A DNA stretch of 58,865 bases, filler included, from Squatina squatina (GCA_031763465.1; 4 parts of 4 records of this genome joined end to end with filler, not necessarily neighbours in it); one strand, 5' to 3'. Shown: positions 13,826 through 27,115, counted from the first letter of the whole stretch. The notes: generated from the letters alone by a model not told the origin. Program-made: numbers and translations.

Positions 13826-15629
13826 GTTGTAGCGGGGCTATTTGCAGTGCCTAATCCTTTTTTGCTCTCACATTGACTGTGTTTTATTACACAATGTATT
13901 CTTTAAGGCTGTCCCTTAATAAAGTGCTCTAGGAGCTTGGTTTTTGTTATATATTGGTATCTGTTTCTTCAGAAAATAAGTGGGACAGGTTGGTATTTGG
14001 CCTATTGCAGACCTTTTTCCTATTATCAGCTCATCCAAATGAAATCAGTAAGTAAGTAATCCATGTTTACATATAAATATTTGTTGAGTTAGAAGTTCCA
14101 TTGAAGCAACATATTTATTGAAGCAAATGTGGATGGCATTTGAGATCCAAATTTCTCGAGTCTTTGTTCTCAATATTCCNNNNNNNNNNNNNNNNNNNNN
14201 NNNNNNNNNNNNNNNNNNNNNNNNNNNNNNNNNNNNNNNNNNNNNNNNNNNNNNNNNNNNNNNNNNNNNNNNNNNNNNNATTGTGTCAGAGGGCTGTTCA
14301 AATGAGTATGGAAGCGATGAGGTTGATGTTTTTTGAGAGTGAAGTGTAATTTTGTGGAAAGTCTTGCTGTGTAAAAACACAGAAGGACATAGTGGAGCTG
14401 TCCTCTCACACCCAGACTAAATATATGATCTCTCTGACAGTTGTACTACTATATTTTTCTTCACGTTTTATGAAGAAATGTCTATGCAACTTTTTTCCCC
14501 AAGGAAATTATTACAGACTACTTGCTGCCGGTGCCCATGCAGGAATGGAGAAACAAAGTATTTTGAAAGGGCTTTTGTTACTGTTCATTTTTAAATAAAA
14601 GTACTAGTCACCGTCAGAAGTGAATGGATCACTAAGTTCTGCAGATAACCTCCAAGTGATGGATTTAGCACTTAAATTACTACTGTGCTGCACATATCTT
14701 TCATACTCTGCATTAGTGATGATAATTAGACATTAATATTCCAGGGTTCTACTGCTTTGTAAAGCTGAAGTAATGACAAATGATTTACAGATATGATATC
14801 ATTCACAATTGAAGTACCACGGCAATGTCAGTTGAATAGCTTCTTCTGTTCAGGACTATATGAAAATAGCAGTGGCACACTGATGTGTAACATATTATAA
14901 TCTGTAATCTCCCCCATTCATTAGTTTCTACACAGTATTAGGATTTACAGTTATCTATTTGGATGAGTGGCTGGTAGGGTTGAGAGAATGATCCCCAAGA
15001 AACACCGTCTAAGAAAGTTGTACCCTGCTGTTGGCATTTTGATCGGGTGGTTTCCCCCTCACAGCCCCAATGTACCAAAAGCCTCTTTCCGAACTCTGCT
15101 TTTGCTTCTTTTTCTCCATTAATGGTGTCAGTTTTGAATGTAGNNNNNNNNNNNNNNNNNNNNNNNNNNNNNNNNNNNNNNNNNNNNNNNNNNNNNNNNN
15201 NNNNNNNNNNNNNNNNNNNNNNNNNNNNNNNNNNNNNNNNNNNNNNNNNNNNNNNNNNNNNNNNNNNNNNNNNNNNNNNNNNNNNNNNNNNNNNNNNNNN
15301 NNNNNNNNNNNNNNNNNNNNNNNNNNNNNNNNNNNNNNNNNNNNNNNNNNNNNNNNNNNNNNNNNNNNNNNNNNNNNNNNNNNNNNNNNNNNNNNNNNNN
15401 NNNNNNNNNNNNNNNNNNNNNNNNNNNNNNNNNNNNNNNNNNNNNNNNNNNNNNNNNNNNNNNNNNNNNNCTGCTTTTTATAACTAAGACTAGAGAGAGG
15501 CTATATACAACAACTTGCATTTATATAGTACCTTTTAACATAGTACCTTTAGTAAAAGGTCTGAAGGCACTTCACAGGAGTGTTATCAAACAAAATTTGA
15601 TATTAAATAATGAGGGTTTAAGTGGATTA

Positions 15630-15890
15630 AGGAAGCAGTTGGACAGGTGGCAGCATAAGTAGAAAAGGCCACAAATGGCAAACAGTCATAAGTTTGGAAT
15701 CTAGAAGTACTGAATACAAAACCAAGCAATGTTGAACTTAGACCACCTTTGGAGTATTGTATATAATTTTGGACACCCCTTTATAAGAGTGATATAAAAG
15801 CACTGGAAAAGGTGCAGCATAGGTTCATTAGGATGATACCAGGTATGAAATGGTACAATTATGAAATGAGACTTGAGAAATGTGTGTATT
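15630..15890 (+). mobile_element. CR1 LINE fragment (degraded)
   Basis: AGACCACCTTTGGAGTATTGT...GATATAAAAGCACTGGAAAAGGTGCAG...AGGATGATACCAGG corresponds to the CR1 RPHLEYC...LEKVQ-RFTRMIPG region. Confidence 0.7.
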
Positions 15891-17062
15891 ATCCAGACAG
15901 GTAAGTTTGTACTGTGGTTTACGATACCTTGTATGCAGGAATCAGTTCTACGGCCCAGACTCTGCTACTTTGTAGTTGTTCTTTGTTTCTTTCTCGACTT
16001 GCTGACAACTCTTGGCAGGATACCCTTTAATTGGAACTCCTTTTAGTGACCAAATAGAAACCACTTTTGAAAGCTTCAAAGGTACCAGCAAAGCATGAAA
16101 GCACTGACTTTAAAAGGCTATGTGAACTCAACAGTTTTGACATCCTCGTCGCATGCCGGACGGAGGTGGCTTCATGCAGATTGGTTACTCTTTGGGAAAT
16201 AAAGTGGAGAGCCAGCAATCTGCCATTGTGCTTCAGTGTGCCAATATGCTGCATCATTGACTGCTTCCAATGATCTACATATTTTTCTCTTTTTGCGGGG
16301 AGATTTTTATCAGCATTATTGAAATTGCAAGTTTTAACATTTTTCAAGTGCTCCAGTTTACTTGAAACACTTTAAGGCTAGTATAATCATTAGTGAAGAG
16401 TTAACTGTAAAACTGAATATATGAATAAAAATGAGCTATGTGCAAGCAAAATTAATTAGCAAAATAAATCATGCATGTGATGCTCAAAATGAGAATCCCA
16501 AGTACTATTTATGCATTCAGCTGAATCAGTGATCATCTCCTCTAAAAGAAAAGAATTCCGATGGAATTGCATTTGCAACTTGAGCATTAAAGACAAATGT
16601 CACTCAGTGACCTGCATTTGAACATGTTTTACATTTTCAATTCCATCTGCATTATTTTAATTAGTTGTAACATTAAAGTAAACTTTATTACAGTTAACTT
16701 CTTACAATTAATTGTAATTGGAGTGAAGAAATTGGTCTTGGGGTATGGGCAACCATGGCAAAGTCACAGATATTGCCCATCCCTAAGGCCACCTTTTTGA
16801 CCTACTTACTAGGCTGTGTTAGAGGACTTTCAAGTCAACTGCGTAATGGCCACGATTTCGCCACCGGAGACGGGTCGAGTGCAGGCCACATTAGTCATCT
16901 TGCCATAAATGAGCTTGTTAAGCCCACCCAGCGGGCTTCCCAGCCAATTAACAGGAAGCTGGTCTGATGACATCATTTGATCACGTGTCATCAGCCGATT
17001 TCCTTAAAGGGACCATGGCCAACTTTTTTTGACAGTTCTTCTGTTTGTGTTCTACAGCATTG

Positions 17063-17162
17063 NNNNNNNNNNNNNNNNNNNNNNNNNNNNNNNNNNNNNN
17101 NNNNNNTTAATTAATTAANNNNNNNNNNNNNNNNNNNNNNNNNNNNNNNNNNNNNNNNNNNN
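17063..17162. other. Artificial scaffold spacer N44-TTAATTAATTAA-N44
   Basis: A 12-mer with stops in all six frames, centred in exactly 100 nt; it occurs three times in the window. Confidence 0.97.
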
Positions 17163-17214
17163 AGATCCCACAAACAACAAATGAGATGAACGACCAATTA
17201 ATTAAAATTAATTA

Positions 17215-17545
17215 AAACAGAAGTGTTCAAAATTGAGGGATTTTGACGAGCTAAGCAGGGGGAAAAAATATTTCTACTGAATGGTGAGTATAGAGGATTA
17301 CCAAAAGAACAAAGGGAAAGTTTAAGAGAAATGTTCTTATGCGGAGGGTCATTAGAACATGGAAAGCCTTACAAGAAACAGTACAAGAAGCAGAATCCAT
17401 AACAACTTTGAAAAGGCTAAATATGTGAAAGAGAAAAACTAAAAGGATATTGGGTAATGGCAGAGGACTGAAACTAAGGGGATAGCTTTTTCAGAGTGTC
17501 AGCACAGCCATGATGTGCTGAATGGCCTCCTTTTGGACTGTAAAA
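17215..17545 (+). mobile_element. CR1 LINE 3' end (degraded)
   Basis: GAAGTGTTCAAAATT...GAGGGTCATTAGAACATGGAA...GGATAGCTTTTTCAGAG...CTGAATGGCCTCCTT follows the CR1 3' tail layout. Confidence 0.6.
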
Positions 17546-18831
17546 TGCTGCGATTCTTTGTAGAAAATATTAACAGATTATTAAACGGTGTAATCTATCA
17601 TAGTTGAGCTTGATCCCATCATAATCCAACACTCTTATATGCACATTTTCACTAAATCTGCCTACCCGCGCCCCCTCCCTGGGCCGGGGCATGCTGAAGT
17701 CAATTATACCACCTCCACAGCTGGCCTGACATCAACAAAGTCAGATCAGACAAGGCACTTCCTTCAACAGGGTAGGTCAGTGAATACTAGGAAGGACAAT
17801 ACGTTACTTCTACACTTGACAAGGCGGCCTGGAGAGTAAATTGAAGGACATAGAATCAGAAAGGATACAATGGACAGTGTAAGTAAAGCGCCGTATTGAA
17901 AACTCTGTTTTTGAAAGGACTACATCAGAATAAAGTGACACATTGTGCCCTACTGGCCCCATTTATTTTTTCCTTTAGTAATCGCCGTAGCACAGCTGCA
18001 TTTTGTTTGCTAGACTGATTTTAGTTTAATTTCAGTGAGGCTTGGATTGAACAAAACTCTATTCTGGTCAGGATTTTATTTAAACACAAAACCATGGCAA
18101 CTGTTCTTGTGCATCGTTTCCATTCATGAAACTCGTTAACTGAATACTGAAGTTTCTTCCCTCTATCTCGCCAATATATTGAAAATCTACTAAGAAAGTG
18201 AATCCAAAAGAATTTTATTTCAAACATTTAAAATTAAAACCCTCAGTGCATAAAGTACAGTATTTTCAAAAAATATTTAAAATAATGAGTCAGCATATGT
18301 ACATTGTTACATGGTAATTTTTTCCCAATAGTTATTTAAACCATGTAAACCAGGATGTGTCATTTAAAGGATGTTAAAAAAAACCAGATGAGTCATGAAA
18401 AATAAGGCAAATAAAAAGGTTTTTATAATAACCCTTGGTCCATCCCGGTCACGCTGGAGGAAAAATGATTGTCCCTAAAGACGCTCCTTTACAATAAGTG
18501 AAGTCACCGACACAGATAACCATTACAAGCAGCTCAATTCTGGTGACTAAGACAGCAGAGTTACTATAGACAGGGCAGTGCTTTTCCTTTATCCCTTAAA
18601 CATTGTGTTATCCGACTCTCACATGGTGATCATATTTCCATTTCTTCTGGAGGAAATCATCTGGACCTAAAAGGCACAATTAATTTCAACTCTTCTTTAG
18701 CCACATCAGCTTTGTAATGCAAATGGTAGTTTTATACAATGGACAAAATTTCAGATTTAACATGTTCCCTCACAACTCTGTCCTGGTTTTCAAATTGGCT
18801 GGTCACTTTACATTTTGTTGATTTTTTGTTT

Positions 18832-19001
18832 TTTGTTTTTACAGACCCGAGTGTCGGGAGCTGAGCGCAGAGAGAGAGGCTGCCGGTAAGTGCTTTAAAA
18901 AGCGCGGTCTTTGTTTTTACAGGCCTGAGTGTCGGGAGCTGAGCGCAGAGAGAGAGGCTGCCGGAAAGTGCTTTAAAAAGCACGGTCTTTGTTTTTACAG
19001 G
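18832..19001 (+). repeat. 78-bp tandem repeat, about 2.2 copies
   Basis: TTTGTTTTTACAG ends at 18844, 18922 and 19000 (period 78); the intervening sequence is near-identical. Confidence 0.95.
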
Positions 19002-19153
19002 CTAGCCCATTTCACGGACAGAGGGCAGCGTTCCAGAGCCACGTCACATTTCANNNNNNNNNNNNNNNNNNNNNNNNNNNNNNNNNNNNNNNNNNNNNNN
19101 NNNNNNNNNNNNNNNNNNNNNNNNNNNNNNNNNNNNNNNNNNNNNNNNNNNNN

Positions 19154-19742
<589 letters not shown>

Positions 19743-21937
19743 CTAGCTCTTTATCTTCTCCCCATCCTCCCAGAAGGTGCTAAGTCTTGCTGGGTTTTGG
19801 TTCCAGTCACTGGCAGTCCGCCATACGGGGCACTGTATAGGAAACAGGACTGAGAATTCTGACTGATTTATTACGGAGTCCTGGGGGGCTGAAGCCAATT
19901 CTAGAAGCCCAGCTACTGTCACAGCTGAGATTGTCTTTTTCAGCACAAATTGGGAATCAAACCAAACATTGTTTGGTCCATACAGTTTAATGACACCAAA
20001 CAATGCCTTTACCCTATAAGACAATTGACAACCTTGCAACCTTCTCTCTAACTAGCCATCAGGAATAGAGCAAAAGTGGCTCTGATTGACTCCCCTTCAA
20101 TTCTTCCATTAGCAAAGTGCAGAAGCTCATTGCTTCCACTCAGTGCCTTGGTCTGATAGCATGCTGAGATCTGTGATAGGGCAAAATCAGAGGCAGAAAA
20201 CAGAGTGCTTCCATGCTACGCCATGGAATTCTCTCTTACTATTGTGGGTTTTCAGTCACAAAAATAAATGCAAAAAGATGCAAAAAGCTCGTCATTGGGC
20301 TTTATTATGACAAGGCACTGAAGGATTCTGGAATAAACAGATCATTGGTTGTTGAAATCATTACTACCAATCGGCTCACTATCAAAACAAATCTGCTTTG
20401 ATGGCTTCAATTTCCACAGAGGAGAAAAAGCGGAGAAAAATCAGACTGGGAGAATGGCACATTCCTAGGCTTTGTACAAGGTGAAAGTAGACGACCATAT
20501 GAAGCACCACCCACCTGCAATGTCTTGACAGCGTTTTTCTATAGATGGTCAACATGTTTCCTCAGACCCTANNNNNNNNNNNNNNNNNNNNNNNNNNNNN
20601 NNNNNNNNNNNNNNNNNNNNNNNNNNNNNNNNNNNNNNNNNNNNNNNNNNNNNNNNNNNNNNNNNNNNNNNNNNNNNNNNNNNNNNNNNNNNNNNNNNNN
20701 NNNNNNNNNNNNNNNNNNNNNNNNNNNNNNNNNNNNNNNNNNNNNNNNNNNNNNNNNNNNNNNNNNNNNNNNNNNNNNNNNNNNNNNNNNNNNNNNNNNN
20801 NNNNNNNNNNNNNNNNNNNNNNNNNNNNNNNNNNNNNNNNNNNNNNNNNNNNNNNNNNNNNNNNNNNNNNNNNNNNNNNNNNNNNNNNNNNNNNNNNNNN
20901 NNNNNNNNNNNNNNNNNNNNNNNNNNNNNNNNNNNNNNNNNNNNNNNNNNNNNNNNNNNNNNNNNNNNNNNNNNNNNNNNNNNNNNNNNNNNNNNNNNNN
21001 NNNNNNNNNNNNNNNNNNNNNNNNNNNNNNNNNNNNNNNNNNNNNNNNNNNNNNNNNNNNNNNNNNNNNNNNNNNNNNNNNNNNNNNNNNNNNNNNNNNN
21101 NNNNNNNNNNNNNNNNNNNNNNNNNNNNNNNNNNNNNNNNNNNNNNNNNNNNNNNNNNNNNNNNNNNNNNNNNNNNNNNNNNNNNNNNNNNNNNNNNNNN
21201 NNNNNNNNNNNNNNNNNNNNNNNNNNNNNNNNNNNNNNNNNNNNNNNNNNNNNNNNNNNNNNNNNNNNNNNNNNNNNNNNNNNNNNNNNNNNNNNNNNNN
21301 NNNNNNNNNNNNNNNNNNNNNNNNNNNNNNNNNNNNNNNNNNNNNNNNNNNNNNNNNNNNNNNNNNNNNNNNNNNNNNNNNNNNNNNNNNNNNNNNNNNN
21401 NNNNNNNNNNNNNNNNNNNNNNNNNNNNNNNNNNNNNNNNNNNNNNNNNNNNNNNNNNNNNNNNNNNNNNNNNNNNNNNNNNNNNNNNNNNNNNNNNNNN
21501 NNNNNNNNNNNNNNNNNNNNNNNNNNNNNNNNNNNNNNNNNNNNTGAACAATGGGGGTGAGTAAGGTTGAACTGGGGGGTGCGGGGGTGGGGTTAAGGAG
21601 TGAGGAGGGAGTGAGGGGGGAGTGAGGAAGGTGAGCCGGGGTGGTGTAGGGGGTGGGCCTGGGCTGAAACACTCCTGCTCCTCCTGACCCCACAGAAAGA
21701 AAAGCTAAATCGAAATTGTGGCCATGTTCTTAGCACTGATTGTCCCGTTGACTGTGGGTATCAGTGGGGTGGAGCAGGGGAGGTGCACTCTCCGCCCATG
21801 TGTGCCTCATAAAATGTAAATCACGGGACCCTGATTTGCATATTCCAATATAAACCAGCGGGCCATCCTGCCCAAAACAGACGAATGCTCTGCCCATCCA
21901 ACTCACAAGATGGCAATGCCGGGAGTGCCAGCGTACA

Positions 21938-22220
21938 CAGGATCTCTGCATTCCTCCAACTATGGTCTCTCTATCTCCACTTCCTTCGCTCCACCATTAG
22001 TGGCCGTGCCTTCAGCCGCCCAGGCCCTAAGCTCTGGAATTCCCTCATTAAACTGCTCCACCTCTCTACCTTCCTTTAAGTCGCTCCTTAAAACCTCTTT
22101 GACCAAGTTTTTGATCACCTGTCCAAATATCTCATGTGTCAAATTTTGTTTGATAACGCTCCTATGAAGTGCCTTGGGTTGTTACTACATTAAAGGCACT
22201 ATATAAATAAAGTTGTTGCT
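21938..22220 (+). mobile_element. L2-like LINE 3' end
   Basis: Same family as the copy at 5045, ending in the GCACTATATAAAT-AAGTTGTTG tail. Confidence 0.7.
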
Positions 22221-22519
22221 GAAAATGCTGCAGTCATGGCAGCCGTTAACCAAATGCGCCCAACAGATCTCTGAATTTTATCAGTCCTCATCCAGGCTAT
22301 TAGGTAGGTTGCCTCACAAGAATAATTGCACTACAGATAAGATAATCAGGGTTACAATTATAAGAAAAATTATGACGGAGAAGGAGAAATAATATCAATC
22401 TGTAAAAATTGCCAAAACAGAAATGAGAGAGTAAAAGATAGAGGAGAGGAAAAGGAACATTTTTTCTAAATTCCCCTCCTCCTCATTTTTGATTTTTTCT
22501 TGTTAGCAAGGTAGGGTTA

Positions 22520-22960
22520 AAAAAAAATTGCATTCCCATAACATCTTTCACAACCTCAGGACATTGCAAAGTGCTTTGCAGCCAATTAAGCAGTTTTGAA
22601 GCCTAGTCACTGACTGAGTTTCAATATAGTGAGGACAGCAGTCAAACTGAACACAGCAAGGTCCCATAAACAGCAATGAGATAAGCAGCCGGGTAATCTG
22701 TTTTTGGTGGCATTGTTTGAGGGATAACATTTTGGCCAGGACACCAGGAGAACTCCCGCAATCTTTTTTGAATAGTGCCCGGTCTACAAGAGAGGATAGA
22801 CAGGGTCTCGGTTTAATGTTTCATCTGAAAGACGCAACTCTGCCAGTACGGCACTGGGAATGTCAGCCTAGATTGTGTGCTCAAGTCTCTGGACTGGGAC
22901 TTGAACCCATAACCTTCTGACTCAGAGGCACTGGCAATACCACGGAGCCAAGGCCAACAC
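22520..22960 (-). mobile_element. Deu-domain SINE (SacSINE1/AmnSINE1-like)
   Basis: Reverse complement has a tRNA-like head (TCAGAAGGTTATGGGTTCAAGTCCC), a Deu core (GTCTTTCAGATGAAACATTAAACCGAG...GGGAGTTCTCCTGGTGTCCTGGCCAA) and an L2-like tail. Confidence 0.75.
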
Positions 22961-23015
22961 CTTATCTAAATTACTGCCATGTAAAGCAACTAGAATGTGG
23001 AAATGTGTGTTATAC

Positions 23016-23176
23016 CTGGATCTTTAAGTTTAATGGCCATTGCATGTATGGTTTCCACCTCTTCTTCTTGCGGTGCATGTATTACCATCACAGTTGAACC
23101 GACGACACTTAGAAAACAACCGAGTTTGCCATGGAGATTAAGTCTCTCATTCAGAAAGTAAGATGACAGAACAGCA
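23016..23176 (-). CDS. NIPA2: NIPA2 penultimate coding exon (161 nt)
   Basis: ttccttag/gtataa splice sites; [53 protein letters not shown](G); phase-compatible with the exon starting at 19633. Confidence 0.95.
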
Positions 23177-23947
23177 CTAAGGAAACAAGACAGTCAACAT
23201 ATAAAGTAATGCAAACATCATGTTTGAAACAGATTAGATATTAAAGTATACAGAAACTAGACAGTGTCATGGTCATTTTTCTAGTGTCACAACTGAAGTT
23301 CAATAATTGTTCATCCCAGTCNNNNNNNNNNNNNNNNNNNNNNNNNNNNNNNNNNNNNNNNNNNNNNNNNNNNNNNNNNNNNNNNNNNNNNNNNNNNNNN
23401 NNNNNNNNNNNNNNNNNNNNNTAGACAACATCCTAAGTTAAGTGTAACTACAGAGTGATGGGATGTGGGTCTCTGCCTGCGATTTCTCATACAGTGAACG
23501 TGTCACGTGAGCCATTGCTAAGTGGAGGTTAGTTATTTCCTTGAAAGAAAAGTTGGAGCGAGGGGTGGGTGGGAGATATATTACCAGGACCAATACTTCT
23601 ATTCAAACTATGGGTTCTACAGCTTCTACAGATGCTGACATTGCCCTACCTCCTGAACATACATCCTAATGTTCTCTTAATGGACAGCAAGTGAAGGATC
23701 GTGAATGGGGGCAGCAGGTTAAGGATAGCGAATAGTGAACGGGGGCACAGAAAAGAAGGTCTGATGAGGGCCACAAATGAAGGGGAAAGTGAGTCACATT
23801 AACCATATCACGTACATGAAAAAGGGTTAAATATGTTGCTACTTCCATTATCCATGTTCCACATGTCTCAATATTCATTACTGCACAAGTATTTATCGGT
23901 TCGAAAACTGAAATACAGCTGTGAGAGAGTCAGCACATTCTTATGTT

Positions 23948-24459
23948 TCAGTGCTGCTTTGAAGTGACTTTTCTTAAGTCACTGACCGAGATGCGGAATT
24001 CCTTGAAGACCTGCAAGAGGATGATCCCAATGGAAACAGTGATAAATCCACACAGCATCCCAAGAAAATCTACAAATCCAACATCACTCCACTCTCGAAA
24101 GAGGATGGCGGATGCCAGTATGACCAAAACTGTGAAAACCACGTAGTAGATAGCACTGAAAATGGAGGAATCGAAGCACTGCAGTGCCTTGTTAATGTAC
24201 ATAAACTGAATAAGAATACTGCAAACCAGTGTCACCAACAGGATGACAAAGAGGCACAGGGCTCTTCGACTTGATGGGTTATCACTAAATGCATCTTGAG
24301 CCGCTAAGCCGATGCCTTTACTGCTGGGTACAGTAAAGGTGCCCAATAATGAACAAATGCCAATGTAAACCAGGACATTGGTGGAGCCATGAGATGGCGC
24401 AATCCAGAAGATAAGCAGGATGAGAAGTGCGAGAATAACACAGACATAAGCAAGAAACA
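23948..24459 (-). CDS. NIPA1: Magnesium transporter NIPA1, last coding exon
   Basis: Acceptor ttttacag; [42 protein letters not shown]...[10 protein letters not shown]...[23 protein letters not shown]...[10 protein letters not shown]; stop at 23948. Confidence 0.96.
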
Positions 24460-24721
24460 CTGTAAAAGAAGAAAAAAAAGTCATTTTGAAAGGCAAGTCA
24501 ATATTTTATTTTTTAAATTGACCTCTTTTCCTTCTACCATCCCCAAATATGCAAATGTTTTGCTGGCATCACAGTAGACCTTGTTGTAAGTTTTAATATT
24601 TCGAGCGCAGCGCACAATGGCCAAGTGGCCTTGTTCTGTGCTATACTGTTCTAGGACTCTATTGCCCCCTCCCTGATGTGCACGATTCCCCGACTGGCTG
24701 CACCAGTGCCCTCAACCACAC

Positions 24722-24920
24722 ATTAGCAGGTACAGCAGTGAGTATGGTACAAGTTTAGTTACGCTCGGATTTTCCCTCCTTGGGTAGGGAAGATACAACC
24801 TGTGTCTCATTAGAGAGAGAGAGACAGATTAGCAGGTACATCAGCGAGCATGGTACAAGCTTAGTTACGCACGGATTTTCCATGTTTCGGTGGAAGACAC
24901 AATCTGTATCTCATTAGACA
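24722..24920 (+). repeat. Tandem duplication with 106-bp period, about 2 diverged copies
   Basis: ATTAGCAGGTACA...ATGGTACAAG.TTAGTTACGC...GGATTTTCC...GGAAGA.ACAA.CTGT.TCTCATTAGA starts at 24722 and again at 24828. Confidence 0.9.
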
Positions 24921-25312
24921 GACAACAGCGGTGATTAAAAAAACAAAATCACAAGAGACAACCCACAGACTCGCACCGAACTTGGAAAAAAAAAAATCAA
25001 CTCACCCGGGATTTAAATGTTATTTGCACTAAAGTACAGCAATGCACTTACTTGCCCTTGACATTCATTTTTTCCATTTTCTTATAAACCTTGCACATTA
25101 ATTGCACCACATTAAGCAATATAAAAAGGTTATAAGTTGAGAAATCTAGCTGAAAGGGCAAGGCCCACAGTGCAGGACACTTGAAGGCACAAAAAAGCAG
25201 GAGAGGTGATGANNNNNNNNNNNNNNNNNNNNNNNNNNNNNNNNNNNNNNNNNNNNNNNNNNNNNNNNNNNNNNNNNNNNNNNNNNNNNNNNNNNNNNNN
25301 NNNNNNNNNNNN

Positions 25313-27015
25313 GGGGCCCCTGGACCGGGGGCGAGTGATGACCATCAGCTACTCGCAGTGTAAAACCACTGAGGATGGGACCTATTTCATCCCGAACCAG
25401 GTCTACGTGGTGCCCCAGAAGCAGACCAGCATCGAGATCGCGTCGGAGGTGATTGAGAACTGGCTGGGCTACAAGAGTTCCACCAGCGCCTCGGTCAACG
25501 CTGAGGTGTCCTTCCTCTCCTACTTGAACGGCAAGTTCTCCGCGGACAGCGAGAGGGTCAAAACCCACCAGGTGCGGGACAGCAGCACGACCACCAGGAT
25601 CCAGGTGAGGAACTTGCTGTATGAGGTCAAAGCCTCGCCCAATTTCCAACTGGACCAGGGCTTCAAGGAGCAGCTGATCGAGATAGCCAACTACCTGGAG
25701 AACAACCAGACGAGAGCCGCCAATTATTACGCTGAGCTGCTTGTCCTGAACTATGGGACCCACGTCTTGACCGGGGTCCACGCTGGGGCCAGCCTGATGC
25801 AGGAGGACCAGGTGCGTTCCAGCTTTGTGTCAGACAACTGGAGTAGGAAATCCACCATTACCACCTCGGCTAGCGCCACCTTCTTCCATATTGTGAATGT
25901 CGGGCTGGGCGGCCAGTCGGAGAGCAGCGAGCAGATCACCAGGCAGTACGTGGGCAACAGGTCCCACTCCAGGATCGAGAGCCATGGGGGGCTGCCCTTC
26001 TACCCCGGCATCACCCTGCCGAAGTGGCAGCAGGAGATCTCCAACCAGCTGGTGGCCCTGGACCGCTCCGGCCGGCCGTTGAGCNNNNNNNNNNTGGCCC
26101 GCACACCGTGCCGGAGCTGCCAGAGCCCACAGTCAGGAAGCTGGCCCGGACCCTGGAGCGGGCCATCGACCTCTACTATGTCATCAACCGCCACCCGGGC
26201 TGCGTGGACCTCCGCTCGCCCAACTTCAACTTCCAGGCCAACGTCGGCGACGGCTCCTGCGAGGAAAGGGGCACCAACTACACCTTCGGTGGGCTTTACC
26301 AGGAGTGTACCAGGCTGTCGGGGCCAGACGCCCAGCCCCTGTGCCAGGTCCTGGGGCAGAAGAACCCCCTGACAGGGTCGTTCAGCTGCCCGGCCCAGTA
26401 TGTGGCTGTCCACCTGCACACCGGGGTGATGGAGGAGGCCTACAGTCGGTATGAGTGCCACCAGCACTGCCATTCCTGCTGGTTGTTCTTGGATTGCTGT
26501 AACAACGTGTGCGGCGACGCTTACTACGTGCGCAAGGCCCAGTTCACGGCCTACTGGTGCGCGGCGCCAGGCCCGGTGACCCAGTCCTCGGGCTACCTCT
26601 TCGGCGGCCTCTACAGTGCCGGCGCCAGCAACCCGCTGTCCCAGAGCCAATCGTGCCCCCCGGCCTTCTACCCGCTGGGCCTCTTGCGAGACCTCAAGGT
26701 CTGTGTCAGCGACGACTACGAGATGGGCTCGCGCTACGCGGCGCCATTCGGCGGCTTCTTCAGCTGCGAGGCGGGCAACCCGCTGGCCGGCCGTCCCGGC
26801 GGAGGAGTCCGGGGCGGCCCAGGAGAGAGGCCTCACCCCAAGCGGTGCCCCGGGGGCTACAGCCAGCACCGAGCCGCCATCAGCGACGGCTGCCAGATCC
26901 TCTACTGCGTGAAATCTGGCGCCTTCGACACGGCCACTTTGCCCCCCATCAAACTTCCCCCGTTCGCGCCGCTCCCTCTGCTGACCGTGGGCTCCACCAA
27001 CACGGTGCTCGTCCT
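25313..27015 (+). CDS. MPEG1: Macrophage-expressed gene 1 / perforin-2 (MACPF + P2 domains), partial at both ends
   Basis: YSQCKTTEDGTYFIP, LVLNYGTHVLTGVHAGASL, GGLPFYPGITL, CVDLRSPNFNFQAN, NYTFGGLYQEC, QKNPLTGSFSCP, GYLFGGLYS, PFGGFFSCEAGNPL and ISDGCQILYCVKSG are MPEG1 signatures. The two ORFs join across a 10-N gap at 26085-26094. No introns in the visible part. Confidence 0.97.
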
Positions 27016-27115
27016 NNNNNNNNNNNNNNNNNNNNNNNNNNNNNNNNNNNNNNNNNNNNNNNNNNNNNNNNNNNNNNNNNNNNNNNNNNNNNNNNNNNNN
27101 NNNNNNNNNNNNNNN

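Noticed and set aside
17107-17118. TTAATTAATTAA palindrome as a biological motif (piggyBac target or homeodomain site)
   Set aside because: It is always centred between two 44-N runs, so it is a synthetic linker.
18832-19001. CRISPR-like array
   Set aside because: The whole unit repeats with no unique spacers, there are no cas genes, and the context is eukaryotic.
20525-21693. ORFs of 329-374 aa
   Set aside because: They consist almost entirely of X from an N run.
26085-26094. MPEG1 pseudogene or programmed frameshift
   Set aside because: The frame change occurs at a 10-N gap and both halves are stop-free and well conserved.
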